The translations under genes and the position numbers were made by a program. A stretch of 63,836 nt of DNA, from NCBI GenBank assembly GCA_964016885.1, contig OZ024746.1, positions 27,032,001 through 27,095,836 on the forward strand, written 5' to 3'. The notes under the pieces are model-generated. The model was given only the letters and a program-made list of their open reading frames with translations, was not told the DNA's origin and searched no databases. Of this stretch, positions 1 through 19,307 are shown piece after piece. Source of the stretch: Eledone cirrhosa. Taxonomy: Eukaryota. How positions within the stretch are numbered: position 1 is the stretch's first letter; every line of letters starts with the position of its first letter.

Positions 1-347
1 TATTTATAATGAAAGATACTGCCTAGAATTTTAAAGAATTTTAAAAATAATTAAGAATTTGAAGGGATTTTCTCATTATGAAGTTGATATTTGGAACATG
101 ATTTAACAGAGGCTAATATATAAAATTATGATGAAAGCTTTTTAGATTACTGGAATGTTTTCAACGCGCTGATGCGTGACACATTCACACAAACACACAC
201 ATACACAGCGTAGCAAATGAAACGCCAGCCGCTGTTTTGCTATAGTTTTTTCATCATCCCCTTCCTTCCTTTTACACATACATATATTCACACAAACACA
301 CACATACATTGTGTGACGGACGGAAGTCGCTCAAATTTATATAGAGA
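1..347 (-). mobile_element. Probable 5' end of a non-autonomous Helitron/HINE-like element running off the window
   Basis: Minus strand reads A|TCTCTATATAAATTTGAGCGACTTCCGTCCGTCAC followed by GT-rich repeats, the TC-start plus microsatellite layout of HINE-type elements; internal duplication of attcacacaaacacacacataca. Confidence 0.4.
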
Positions 348-640
348 TAATAAACATTTCAAATAAAACAATTTGGTGTTGTAGAACCAGGGATAGATTC
401 AAGTGATTTGTTATCGAAATGGTTAAAAAAAGGAACTAAACTACTTGATAACCTAATTTGAATAAAAAAACAAAACAATTGAAAGCACATACACACACTT
501 ATATGCACGCGCACACATATATATAGGCACGCACACACACACACACTCACGCTCACACACAAACAAAGGAGGCAACCAAGCTATCTTTACAATTGACTCG
601 TGATCTGTCCTACCATACACATAACAACAGTTGTTTGAAA

Positions 641-832
641 CAATAATTGTTTCTACTTTTGGCACAAGGCCAGCAATTACCCAGTGCATTACTGGTACTT
701 TATTTTATCGACCCCGTAAGGATGAAAGGCAAAGTTAACCTCGGCGTGATTTGAACTCAGAATGGCAAGGGCCGTAACTCTATGCGGCAAAGCATGGCGT
801 CCGACCCTCTACCGATATTGCCAATCCACCGC
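641..832 (-). mobile_element. tRNA-derived SINE, family A
   Basis: Minus strand: GCGGTGGATTGGCA head, GAGTTCAAATC B-box, core TTCATCCTTACGGGGTCGATAAAATAAAGTACCAG; about 8 related copies in the window. Confidence 0.85.
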
Positions 833-846
833 GATGTTGTTTGAAA

Positions 847-1041
847 CAATAATTGTTTCTACTTTAGGCACAAGGCCAGCAATTATTCCAGTGCATTACT
901 GGTACTTTATTTTATCGACCCCGTAAGGATGAAAGGCAAAGTCAACCTCGGCGGGATTTGAACTCAGATCGTAAAGGGACGTAACTAAGCTGGAAAGCAT
1001 GGCGTCCGACCCTCTACCGATACTGCCAATCCATCGCCCTT
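847..1041 (-). mobile_element. tRNA-derived SINE, family A (tandem second copy)
   Basis: Highly similar to 641-832; both copies preceded by gttgtttgaaa. Confidence 0.85.
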
Positions 1042-1199
1042 GAATGCTATTTTAGACTATTCTCATTTTCACTGATTTAGTTGCAAATAAGATTACTGAA
1101 CATAGAAAAGGAAAGTTGACTTTGTGTGAAGTTCCAAACACAGAATAGATGTTTATTTTCACAGTTGTTGTTTAATTGTTTTAATTTTCCAAATTACAG

Positions 1200-1227
1200 A
1201 CGACGTGGGAGAGAAGGTAAACTTCAG
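1200..1227 (+). other. Candidate micro-exon
   Basis: T-rich tract ending ttacag| at 1199 and a good donor CAG|gtatgt at 1227/1228; too short to assign a product. Confidence 0.2.
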
Positions 1228-1510
1228 GTATGTTTATTTCCTCACCTGCTTCTCACATCCTGTTCTTGTTATTTCACTTCATTTTCATCACAGAAACTTG
1301 TACAATGACACTTCCTTTCATCATCAACTGGGGTGGGGGGGGGGGGGGTGGGTGGTGGTGGTGGTGGTGGTGGTGTCACAGAAAACCACTTCAGTATATG
1401 TATAACGCGGCTACCATATATTCATTGCATATTCTCCTCCATTTCTTTAATCTTGCACACATACGTTAGTGCTTACTTCTCTACCACTAGTCACTGCCAC
1501 CATTACCTTA

Positions 1511-1513
<3 letters not shown>

Positions 1514-1568
<55 letters not shown>

Positions 1569-1794
1569 GTGTGAGCGTATATGTAGTATACACACATATA
1601 CTCACGCATATGTTCACATAGAGATTCACACAGGCATTGCTGTGCGTAAATGTAAACATATAGGCATACTAAATACATACATACACACGTACACACACAT
1701 GAACATATAAACGCCTACGTGCACGTATAAATGATGTTAGTGTATATGTTTGCATATATTGCACACACTCACACACATGCGCATACAGACACAA

Positions 1795-1830
<36 letters not shown>

Positions 1831-1831
1831 G

Positions 1832-1910
<79 letters not shown>
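1514..1910. repeat. (CA)n microsatellites
   Basis: Two long CA tracts with short (CG)n inserts. Confidence 0.95.
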
Positions 1911-1913
<3 letters not shown>

Positions 1914-2490
1914 ATATATATTTGTCATTGCGTGTATGAATCTATGAAAGTAAATATATATATATATACACATCTATATATCTCTCTCTATATCTATATC
2001 TATATATCTATATATATATAAAGTCATAAATTCATATATATATTCACACATGCAATGACACACATGCAAGCAAACATGTATACTAATACACATACATGTA
2101 TACAGAGGAACAAACATACATACAAACGCATAAGATCAGATATAAATGTGTACACGTATGTGTATGTGCATAAGTATACTTTTGCATGTAGTACACTTGC
2201 TACATGTGAATATGTGAGTGAAAAGCAAGAATTTGGCTTGTTTCCAGCTAGACATCTTTGGCGTCCCCTATGAACACTCAGGGCTGAATAGTTTTCTTTG
2301 ACCTATCCTGGAAATAATTGTAGAACATTTCCTAACGATTACATTCCAAGATGTTCTTGTGTACTTGTGTTATGTTGCTCTAGGCAAATTGTGAACGACG
2401 GGACTCAATTATTTGAATCATATCCCCATATCCAAGCAACAACAGTTACACACACATTCACAATATATATATACACACACGCACACATAT

Positions 2491-2585
<95 letters not shown>

Positions 2586-4767
2586 ACCCCAGTACTTGAC
2601 TGGTATATTATTTTGTGTACCATAGATGGATGAATGAAAGTTAACTTCAGCAGGATTTGAACCCAGAACACAAAGGATCGTAAGAGAATAACATTAATTA
2701 TCATTACTCGAATCGTTCCAGCACTACATATTTAAAACAGTTCTTATTTTCTATGCTCTAACATTTCTATCACTCCACCGCACCACATTTATAAGTCGTA
2801 TTACAGCCAGCTGCTGGAATATTGTAATCTGTTTCTTCTAAAATCTTCTACCATAATTTCATGTAAGAACCTTTGTTAAGTTAAGTTCCAAACACCAGCT
2901 CAATAACGAGAACATTGGTAATATTACTAAATCCCTCGAAATTCTTGATTATTTTAAAAATTACTTGGAAATCGTAGACTGTCTTCCATTAGAAATATAG
3001 TAATAAAATGATTAGATTAAAGAGTAATATTTATTTATCTAAAAGCATTCCATCATAATCTTATGTAAGAACCTTCAAGTTAAGTTATACTTCAAATACC
3101 AGATAAATAACTAAAAAGATAGTTGATTACCAAATTCCGCAAAAATATTTGAAAATCGTAGGCGATATATTTCTTTAGTAATATGGTAACGAAAGAGTTA
3201 AAGAAAGTACAACTCTGCAGGAATTAATCAATGACATTTTCATATCATAAATCGATACGGGTATTGTAGAATCTAATTTATAATTGTAAGATGTTCAGTA
3301 AGTTGGGAATAGCTCGAATAGCGTTCGCTCAATTTAGGAAAGTGGTAATTGTCAATTTGAGTTATTTTCAACTTAGTTCACTGAAATACAGAGATCCAGT
3401 GTTGTAATAAATTTAAACGGAAATCTGTTTCTATTTGCGCTATAACATTCTGCATCTAAACATTTATTTAATCCTTATTCAGCAAATAAGTGCTCTTCAC
3501 GATTGGAATATAGACGCCAAATTTATGTTCCGCTCTAATATCAGCATTGACATAAAGTCTGTATAGAGTTGTTGCAAAATAATTGGTTCTTACAGCTTTC
3601 ATATCCAATTAAGATTGGACAATCTACTGATGAGTTTAAAGTTCTATAATTGGTTTATTACTTCTTGTTCAGACTGAACTTTTGATTTCCCTGTTGGCAT
3701 TTTCGTAAAAGGACATTATTTCTGCTTTAGAATTTTATCTATGTGAGAAATAATTCAATTACCGATTCCTAAGAACTTGTAAGCTGTGTCAAAATGTTTC
3801 TAGTTCATGTATCATTTTAGATTACATGGGAACCTATAGATGCCGATACAAAATGTACAGCTATCATGTATTGTATTAAAGTTCAGGACAGCAAAAACCG
3901 AAGACTTTAGAATGTTATACTATATTTTACCATGAAGGATATTCCATCGTATCCTATATCAACGACATGAAGTATGATCGGATCGCTAACACAGACATGC
4001 AACTATCTTAAGCAGAATCTTTATGATCAAGTTACCTTTAACTGATATTTTGGTTTCTATATTTTAATAGTTACATTTGCTATTTCTGCCTTTCTCGGCG
4101 CTATAGTAACTAGATAAAATGAAGAATCTACATTAGGTGTTAACTTGAAACTTATCATTTTGACAACTAGGTTGTAGTAATGTTTCTTAAAGTAGGCTGA
4201 ATACTATTAAAGTATGAGGGAACATGTAAACACGATATAGAGATACATGTATGTAGTGTACAATACAATTTCCTGTATATTTAAGACATATTGGTTAAAT
4301 TTAGTACATTAGTTAGTAGTGTTGTTGCGAATTTACATTTATACAACCGTTACCTAAATCGGTTTTAAAATTCAGAATTTACTGAAAGAATACATTAAGA
4401 CGGTTAATGTTTTTAAAATATCAACTAACTTGTTTAGCTGCCAAGAACAGATATCTGATAGTGTTCGAATATTTTTAATGATAGAATAAAAAAAGAACAG
4501 ACAAACCTCCAAACAACTCCCAAAACAACAACAACAACAACAACAACAGCAACAACAACAACAGAAAACAAAAACACCACCACCACTACCACCATTATAT
4601 TTCTTTATATTAGATATACTTTGCTTAACTTTTCACTATATTTATTTACTGATTTATGGTTTGGCAGGAAATATGAGACCATTCTTATTCCGCTTCATAA
4701 TGTTTTCTTCTATTGTATTGGCTCTGTAAAATTAGGTCTTTGGTGCTTAAAGCAACTTAAGTATGTA

Positions 4768-4830
<63 letters not shown>

Positions 4831-5091
4831 CATAACATAAATGAGGCAAAATTGATTCAGTTTGTTTATACAATGTATTATAGTGTACGCGTGTGTATGT
4901 GCGTATATGTGTGTATGTATGCTTATACGTACATAGAAAATGGATTTTGATTGTGTATACGAACTTTAGCAAATATTACAGTACACATACCCAAACACAC
5001 ACATATATACATACAAAAGTGATTTCGTTTGTTGATACGAATTTTAGAATATATTATAGTATATTTATAGTAATAATAATAATATAATATA

Positions 5092-5138
<47 letters not shown>

Positions 5139-6763
5139 TTACAAAATTCATTTCGTTTGTTTACAGAAATTTAAAAAAATATTATAGCTTAGTTTACCGC
5201 TGAGAGAAATGCGTACATAGAAATTAAATTTGTGGTTTGTTTATATTTCATTTTATTCATTTTCCTTTTAGAGAATCGAGAAATCTGATTGAATGCTGTT
5301 TTAAATAAATAGAAATATCCATATCTTTATCTTGTTTTTGTATTTAATCTGCTGTTGCATTTACCTGCTGTTCATTCTTTTCTTTAGTTTAATTGCCGCT
5401 TATTTGCTTCTTCAATCTAATATTATTGATTACTTTAGTAAGTTATTTTGAGAACATAATCACGGATCAAGTTAATGTAGAGTAGGACATTACATTTGAG
5501 AACACTTATTCTTTCATTCTTTTATTCTTTTACTGGTTTTAGTCATCAAATTGTGAGAATGAGTACTCAATATCATAGCAGATATCAATATTTTCTTTAT
5601 TAAGGTCAAGTTTGAGTCTTATTACTCTAAAATTTCTTCTGTCTACAATATTTAACAAATAAGGAAGTAACATCTTATTAAATGAAAATGAAAATTAATA
5701 CTTTAAAATAGTTGTATTAAAGACATATTTTCAGAAAAAATTCACCATAAAGTCTTGCCTTTATAACCGTTTGAATACGATTAGATATACACGACATAAG
5801 AGCCTGGCTCTATTCCAGAGAAGGTTTTTAATCCATATTGTATAGAGCCCATCCTACAGTAATATCTTACACCATTGTATGTGCATGTGCATTTACAATT
5901 TGACCTTCAACAGTTCCAGGTTGTTTTGGCCACTCTGGTTGTCATAGGTTCATAGACATATAAATCGGTGGTTCCAGACATCGAAATGGCACCCCAGATA
6001 ATCTGAATTGGTGGGTGTTTCATTTTTTTGTAAGCTAAAGTTTTCGTCAAATCTTTCTCCACGAAGCCTTCTCACATGATATTGGTATACTACAAACAGC
6101 TACAGAGTTAATTAATCGGAAAACATAATTTGACCCCATTGCTCTTCTGTCTCATGTTCAAGTCTTTTGCATCTTTTTCTTATGCAACGTTAATCTTAGC
6201 TTAGAGTTAGGTTTGCAAGATTCTAGCCTAAATTTACGAAGCTGTCGACATGACACAATCATACGGCTTACCTAAGAGAAGCAGTGCAGAGAAGAAATTT
6301 ATGTTTACACAAATTTGTAGGAGAACGTGAGGCAATGTTTCTGATGATACGGTCATCTCTAGGGTTAATTTTTCTGGGGTGACCACTTTTCTCCTTTTCA
6401 GAATATGAGTAACAAATTTAGTATTTGTTAATAGCATTATGGACTGTTGCCTTGCTACAACTCATTTTGAAAAGAATCTCAAACTCCAAGTAAACTTTGT
6501 CATATAGAGCTACTATGTAGGATCTTTGAACGCTAGAAGGTGACTATTACATTCCCCTTTCTTAAAGAATAAACACTTGATAAGGACAATCTTTTAGAAA
6601 TCCTTTAGAAAACACAGCCTTTAAACTAGCAAACAAAGCGTACAATACATATTTAAATAATGAGGATGATGCAATAGATTGAAACTATTGTAAGTATTTT
6701 GAAAAGAACAAAGTTAGTAATGCAATACTTTTCAATAGTTGAAAAATTAAATACTTTTGCCAG

Positions 6764-7956
<1,193 letters not shown>

Positions 7957-8311
7957 ATTTATGTGTGTGTGTGTGTGTTTGTCCGAGTCTGTGTTTACGT
8001 TTCCTATTTATGTTCCGTAACTTATTTTATTGATTTCTTTTTGTTAATCTACTAAGTATCAGACTTGAAAAAAAAAAAGGTACTGGTGCTCCAGCAAGGC
8101 CGCATTATAATGACTAAACGTCGGTATTGTATTCACAAATGTGTATGTTTATATTTTCAGTTGCTACAAATATTTCTCAAACCGAGACTATTTACTTGTT
8201 AAGTCGAACAATAACATTCTTCTGGGGTGAGTGCAAAATCACGTTTTTACTTCATTTTCGTGTGTGTGTGTGTATATCTCTCTCCCTCCTCTCTACTCAC
8301 ACACACACATA

Positions 8312-8419
8312 TGTGTGAGTGAGTGAGTGAGTGAGTGAGTGAGTGAGTGAGTGAGTGAGTGAGTGAGTGAGTGAGTGAGTGAGTGAGTGAGTGAGTGAGT
8401 GAGTGAGTGAGTGAGTGTG

Positions 8420-8451
<32 letters not shown>

Positions 8452-8476
8452 TGCGTGCGTGTGTGTGTGTGTGTGT
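8312..8476. repeat. Compound (GAGT)n/(GT)n/(GCGT)n microsatellite
   Basis: Direct reading. Confidence 0.95.
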
Positions 8477-9134
8477 ATGTGTGTATGTGAGGATGGAAAT
8501 ACATGTTTTTCTTTCTCTGTAAATAACCATTTTATTCGTAATCAGACGTATTTCTTCCCGTTTACCATTAGAGAAGGATACAGCAGCTAATAGCATTATG
8601 TAATTGGCTGTGAAATGGTATTTGACGTCAGTGCTAATTACCATTATTTATCTGGAATCCTTCAAGTGGCATTAATTAACAGTGTACTTTGTTTGGATTC
8701 TCACAGAATTGGTTTGGCACAAGATAAAAGTGATATATGTTAACATTGGATAACATTTAGATGTCGTATCATGTTGTATTCATAAATTACTGAATGAATT
8801 GTTGCCAGCTCTAACTATGTAATTATGTTAACCATGAGCGTTCAAGCTTGTACTGTTATATTTTGAACTAGTCAATGTTGGGTTCTAACTGAATGAGAAA
8901 CAACAACGTCAGAGATATGAGATTTGAAGATGTTCATGCCTATTCTGAGAAGACGAGTGCTGTAAGTAAGGACCCAAATCAAAAGAGAAATACTACTGTT
9001 GTATAGAAATAAGAAAAACAAACTAACATTGTTAATGTTGTTTAGACTCGATTGAGAAAGGCATTCCAGTATCTCATCTTTTATTTCAGGCATAGTGTAT
9101 CTAGAACTACATCATATAATGTGCCGTTCCAATT

Positions 9135-9510
9135 CTAAGACAGCGTGGTGTGATTTGAGGGAGAGAAATTTATTATCCAGTGTGGTTGGTTTCTAAGAGA
9201 GTTAGGAATGTGTTGAGAGAAATTTTAAGGTTACTTTTATTAGTTTGAGTGGCCATGGGGAGATTGTGTTCGTTAACGCCATTGTCACTGGGAACCAACC
9301 GATAGTTCCGACGATGAGCGTTCCAGTTGTTCGAACAACGGAACAACCTGTTCATGAAATTAACGTGTAAGTGGATGAGTATTCCACAGATACGTGTATC
9401 TTTAATGTAGTTTTCAGGGAGATTTAGCGCGACAAGAAAGGCCCTTTGAATTATAGTGGACTGGGGCACCATGAAAAAGTGTCTGTCTTAAGGGCACAAT
9501 GCACCACTAG
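9135..9510 (-). mobile_element. Decayed SINE, family B
   Basis: Shares gaaattaacgtg...tccacagatacgtgta...gatttagc block with 32400-32660 and 46170-46490. Confidence 0.6.
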
Positions 9511-9959
9511 GCCACGTGTCTTCACATTACCATTGTGAAGAGAAAAGCTGTCACACACTGAGAAACCCCACCCACCACAGTGTAACCACCATATGCAGCG
9601 CTTTCATTTTATTTTTGTAGCTGTTTTTTGCTTAGGCTGAAAGAAGGTGTCTGAGGATAATGCAGGTTTATGTGTCAAACAAAGAGTCCGAATGCTGATC
9701 TTTCTTTAATGATGTCACTGTAGCTTTAGATATAGTTGTCCTTCCAGCATAAAGATATCCATAAGCATATATGGTATAAGGGAAATTGGTGACAGAGGTC
9801 AGTAACAGATTCTATGATGGATGTTCCTGTTAAAAGAGAGGCTGGACGATCAGATGGTTCAAGCAGGAGGTTAAAGATGGCACCCGAGCTGAGAAGGATG
9901 CTTACAAAGCCTGGCTTGGAAATAAGTCTTCCATCTTGCACTTGCGGTACATGCAGGCA

Positions 9960-10110
9960 TGACATTTACAGACGACATGGTATTATTTAACTCCTCGGAC
10001 GGTGAACTCCGACATGCACTTATTAGGTTTGCTGCCGACAGGATAGAAGACCCAAAGGTAGGCCACGAGCAAGATAGTTGGATAACATCCATGAGATTCG
10101 ACGCTCCAAA
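9960..10110 (+). pseudogene. Possible RTE-type LINE C-terminal fragment
   Basis: Translates to GRPRAR*LDNIHE, resembling the RGRPxxRWxDxI motif at the end of RTE ORFs; followed by (GAAAAA)n. Confidence 0.35.
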
Positions 10111-10220
10111 GTAGAAGCAACAGCAGCAACAGAAGAAGAAAAAGAAAAAGAAAAAGAAAAAGAAAAAGAAAAAGAAAAAGAAAAAGAAAAAGAAAAAGAA
10201 GAAAACTATGATGATAGTAA

Positions 10221-10411
10221 TAATAATTGTTTCTACTTTTGGCACCAGGCCAGCAATTACCCAGTACATTACTAGTACTTTATTTTATCGACCCCGTAAG
10301 GACGAAAGGCAAAGTTAACCTCGGCTGCATTTGAACTCTGTCTGTAAAGGGACGTAACTCTGTGTTGCAAAGCATGGCGTCCGACCTTCTACCGATACTG
10401 CCAATCCACCA
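10221..10411 (-). mobile_element. tRNA-derived SINE, family A
   Basis: Similar to 641-832. Confidence 0.85.
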
Positions 10412-11758
10412 TCCTTATAATAGTAATAGTAATAAAAAGCAGAAGAATAAGAAAAAATTGCTTTCTTGGCTAAGCACACTGTTTCTGGAATATTGGTAAA
10501 GACAATGAGGACGTTTGTGTCTTTGTTAAGAATTTTGAAAGTCGAAAAATTCCGCCAATCCCCCACTCCATGGACTAATATTATATTTATCGATCTTGAA
10601 AGGATGAAAATTAAAGTTGACCGCGACCGGATTTGATTGCAGAGAAGAGGAGCACATACCGCGAAATATTTTAATCCGATACTTTAACGACCGTACCATA
10701 TAATGGACCTAACAACCGACACCTACGTGCCATGTGGTGTTAGAGCGAGTGCCATATTATAAGAATAAGAATCCTACGAATTTAGCGACAATTTGTGTTT
10801 TGTGAGAGCATGGAGGGATTTATTCTTGATGTTGCTTTGAAGAGCTGAAGCTGAGAAAAAACAACAAAAATTAGAAAAATCCCGAAGAGTGCGAAGTTTA
10901 TTTTAAGGAAACAAAAATATATATCCAATAAACGCTATAATTTTAGTAATTGTTTCCCCCACCCATTCTCTCTCTCTCTCTCTCCCTCTCTCTCTCTCTC
11001 CCTCTCTCTTTCTCTCTCTCCAAATCAACACTTATGGTGCACCCAAGAATTCACCCCCAAATATATACTCACACAATCTAAGATAAGATAAAAAAAGAAA
11101 CAAGGAAAACTATATTTACAGTAATTCTAAAGCACGAAATGTTCATCGTTTATTAAGAAATCTGTTGCGTGAAAGTGATATGCATAATTAAAGTTATATG
11201 CACCGAAGTGAAGTTCATGTTTGCACAGAATACAGGGAAATTGTTTGAAGACAACAATCTAGAAAGTTGCACTAAGATGCCTTTTAAAATTATTAACAAC
11301 TTTGAAAGCATATCATTGCAGCTTCAATAAATACGAAAACAAAAATAGAATATAAAATAAAATATGAAATAAAATAAAATAGAATGAAATAAAATATATA
11401 TAGTAATTAAAAATTAAAGTGAAGAAAACATTTTTCCTCAAAAAGTTTCTTAATTAAATCCTTGTTAGATGAAAAACTTGGTATTGTTTGATGGAGCCAA
11501 AATAATTCTGTTCCACCATTATACACACACATTCTTTGCCACCATTATATACACACAGTCACATAAGATTTGAAAAAAAATAAAACAAAAGTCTATTGAG
11601 AAAACGATTATTCATTATCAAATAAACAATTGCTTTGTATAAGATCTCATTTCATATGCACACACACACAGCCACCCCCATACATACATATATATATATA
11701 TATATATGATATGTATATATATTTATATATATATATGATATATATATATATTTATATA

Positions 11759-11973
11759 TAACGAAGGAGTTGTGGTAAGGAACCAGATTGACCACAATGC
11801 ACCAGGGCACTCAATACTTAGGGTAGTAGAGTAGGTAATAGGAAAATGTATGACCCCGACGGCAGAGCTCAAGCCGTTTCGACGGCTATTTCTGGACACA
11901 AAAACTGTTTTTAGTCCAGAAATAGCCGTCGAAACGGCTTGAGCTCTGCCGTCGGGATCATACATTTTCCTAT
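11759..11973. mobile_element. Fold-back mini-element family H1 (3' half of a hammerhead; Penelope pLTR-like) in (TA)n
   Basis: 60-bp inverted arms 11838-11897/11914-11973 plus a roughly 79-bp one-sided tail; homologous to 25813-26892 and 55118-55313. Confidence 0.8.
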
Positions 11974-12066
11974 ATTTATATATAAGATATATATATATAT
12001 ATATATTTATACATTTATTTATATATATATATATATATACATTTATTTATATATATATATATATAT

Positions 12067-12281
12067 ACAGAAACTGACCACACAAAATTCAAGAAGTCTT
12101 TGGACAAATTCCTCCAAGTAATCCCGAACAAACCACCCACACCCGGATATGTCTCCGCAAACAGTAATTCTCTTCTCGAATGGGCCATGGTGCCCAAATC
12201 CTGAATTGAAAGACTTCGCCAGGTGGTGCTATTAAGTTAGACATGGCCTGGGCCAATACTGGCCAAAACATTTCAAAGTTA
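12067..12281 (+). mobile_element. 5'-truncated 3' end of the CR1-group LINE
   Basis: Nearly identical to the reverse complement of about 19231-19445; ends TTTCAAAGTTA into (TA)n. Confidence 0.92.
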
Positions 12282-16159
<3,878 letters not shown>

Positions 16160-17400
16160 TCACTCATTCTCTGTCACTACCTCTCCTCCTCCTCTTTCCT
16201 CCTCCTCCTTCAAGTTTGACCTGTGTGTAATTCTTTTCTCGCGCGGTCTTGACCAAGCTGGTATGGAACTTTTTTCTCTCTCTCTTTCGTCTGCGACTTC
16301 ACAAAACTTACGTTTACTGAATTCGTAGACCAGACCCCTTTATCTTCTTCTTCTTCTTCTTCCTCTTCTCTCCTTTTTCTCTCTCTCTTTTTCCCCCCCC
16401 GTCAAACTTGGGCGAAATTCTTTCCTTGCTCACATTTCAACCAGGTTTGATGGTCTTTTGTCTCTTGTTCACGATTTCACAGAGTTTATATTCATAGAGA
16501 TCTGGGACTTGTCTATTTCTACTCACTTTCCGTTGCTAAAACTTTTTTGTTGTTACTCTGGCGTCCCCCTTTATTTACGTGTCCCAACGACTTTTTTTAG
16601 CCGTTGTTCGCACCAACCCGAGGCATATGGCCCTTAAAGCGATGAAATGCCCAGGACGGTTGGAGGGTCACTGATGAAGGACTCACTTTTTCATATGTAT
16701 CCCATTTGCAACGCCGCAGCTCCATTATTATCATATTTACACATATATTTTTTCCATGCTGCCATTCGTGTTTCGTTTGTATCTTTACCCTTTCTAGCAG
16801 TCTCTCTCTCTGTTAGCCTCCTCCTCAACTTTCACTCACTCATTCTCTGTCACTACCTCTCCTCCTCCTCTTTCCTCCTCCTCCTCTTTCCTCCTCCTCC
16901 TTCAAGTTTGACCTGTGTGTAATTCTTTTCTCGCGCGGTCTTGACCAAGCTGGTATGGAAATTTTTTCTCTCTCTCTTTCGTCTGCGACTTCACAAAACT
17001 TACGTTTACTGAATTCGTAGAACAGACCCCTTTATCTTCTTCTTCTTCTTCTTCTTCTTCTTCTTCCTCTTCTCTCCTTTTTCTCTCTCTCTTCCCCCCC
17101 CCCCCCGTCAAACTTGGGCGAAATTCTTTCCTTGCTCACATTTCAACCAGGTTTGATGGTCTTTTGTCTCTTGTTCACGATTTCACAGAGTTTATATTCA
17201 TAGAGATCTGGGACTTGTCTATTTCTACTCACTTTCCGTTGCTAAAACTTTTTTGTTGTTACTCTGGCGTCCCCCTTTATTTACGTGTCCCAACGACTTT
17301 TTTTTAGCCGTTGTTCGCACCAACCCGAGGCATATGGCCCTTAAAGCGATGAAATGCCCAGGACGGTTGGAGGGTCACTGATGAAGGACTCACTTTTTCA
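16160..17400 (+). repeat. Partial tandem direct repeat (period about 707 bp), pLTR-like element inside the TA array
   Basis: 16160-16693 recurs at about 16838-17400; both end GGTCACTGATGAAGGACTCACTTTTTCA. Confidence 0.85.
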
Positions 17401-17417
17401 TATATATATATATATAC

Positions 17418-17459
<42 letters not shown>

Positions 17460-18240
17460 TTATATATATCTATATATATATATACATTTATATATATATA
17501 TATATATATACATTTATATATATATATATATATACATTTATATATATATATATACATTTATATATATATATATACATTTATATATATATATATACATATA
17601 CATTTATATATATATATATACATTTATATATATATATATACATTTATATATATATATATACATTTATATATATATATATATATATACATTTATATATATA
17701 TATACATACATTTATATATATATATACATACATTTATATATATATATATACATTTATATATATATATATACATTTATATATATATATACATTTATATATA
17801 TATATATACATTTATATATATATATACATTTATATATATATATATACTTTTATATATATATATATACATTTATATATATATATACATTTATATATATATA
17901 TATACATTTATATATATATATACATTTATATATATATATATACTTTTATATATATATATACACTTTTATATATAGATATATTTATATATAGATACATTTA
18001 TATATATATACATTTATATATAGATACATTTATATATATATACATTTATATATATATACATTTATATATAGATACATTTATATATATATACATTTATATA
18101 TATATACATTTATATATATATATATACATTTATATATATATATATATATATACATTTATATATATATATATACATTTATATATATATATATATACATTTA
18201 TATATATATATATATACATTTATATATATATATATACATT

Positions 18241-18271
<31 letters not shown>

Positions 18272-18806
18272 ATATATACATTTATATATATATATATACA
18301 TTTATATATATATATATATATACATTTATATATAGATATACATTTATATATATATATATATATACATTTATATATAGATATACATTTATATATATATATA
18401 TATATACATTTATATATAGATATACATTTATATATATATATACATTTATATATATATATATATATACATTTATATATAGATATACATTTATATATAGATA
18501 TACATTTATATATATATATACATTTATATATATATATATATATACATTTATATATATATATATATATACATTTATATATATATATATACATTTATATATA
18601 TATATACATTTATATATATATATATATATACATTTATATATATATATATATATACATTTATATATATATATATACATTTATATATATATATATATACATT
18701 TATATATATATATTTACATACATATATATATACATTTATATATATATATATACATTTATATATATATATATATATATATATACATTTATATATATATATA
18801 TACATT

Positions 18807-18838
<32 letters not shown>

Positions 18839-18862
18839 CATTTATATATATATATATACATT

Positions 18863-18893
<31 letters not shown>

Positions 18894-18944
18894 ATATATA
18901 TATATACATTTATATATATATATATATTTATATATATATACATT

Positions 18945-18975
<31 letters not shown>

Positions 18976-19044
18976 ATATATATATACATTTATATATATA
19001 TATATATATATATACATTTATATATATATATATATATATACATT

Positions 19045-19075
<31 letters not shown>

Positions 19076-19220
19076 ATATATATACATTTATATATATATA
19101 TTTATATATATATATATATATATACATTTATATATACATTTATATATATATATATATATACATTTATATATATATATACATTTATATATATATATATATA
19201 CATTTATATATATATATATA
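17401..19220. repeat. About 1.8-kb (TA)n/TACATT array
   Basis: Direct reading. Confidence 0.97.
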
Positions 19221-19307
19221 TAACTTTGAATAACTTTGAAATGTTTTGGCCAGTATTGGCCCAGGCCATGTCTAACTTAATAGCACCACCTGGCGAAGTC
19301 TTTCAAT

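Noticed and set aside
3627-3660. Isolated CTGATGA/CTGAAGA boxes (also about 6341, 45860, 54670, 58255, 58884)
   Set aside because: No stem II, GAAA or stem I pairing follows
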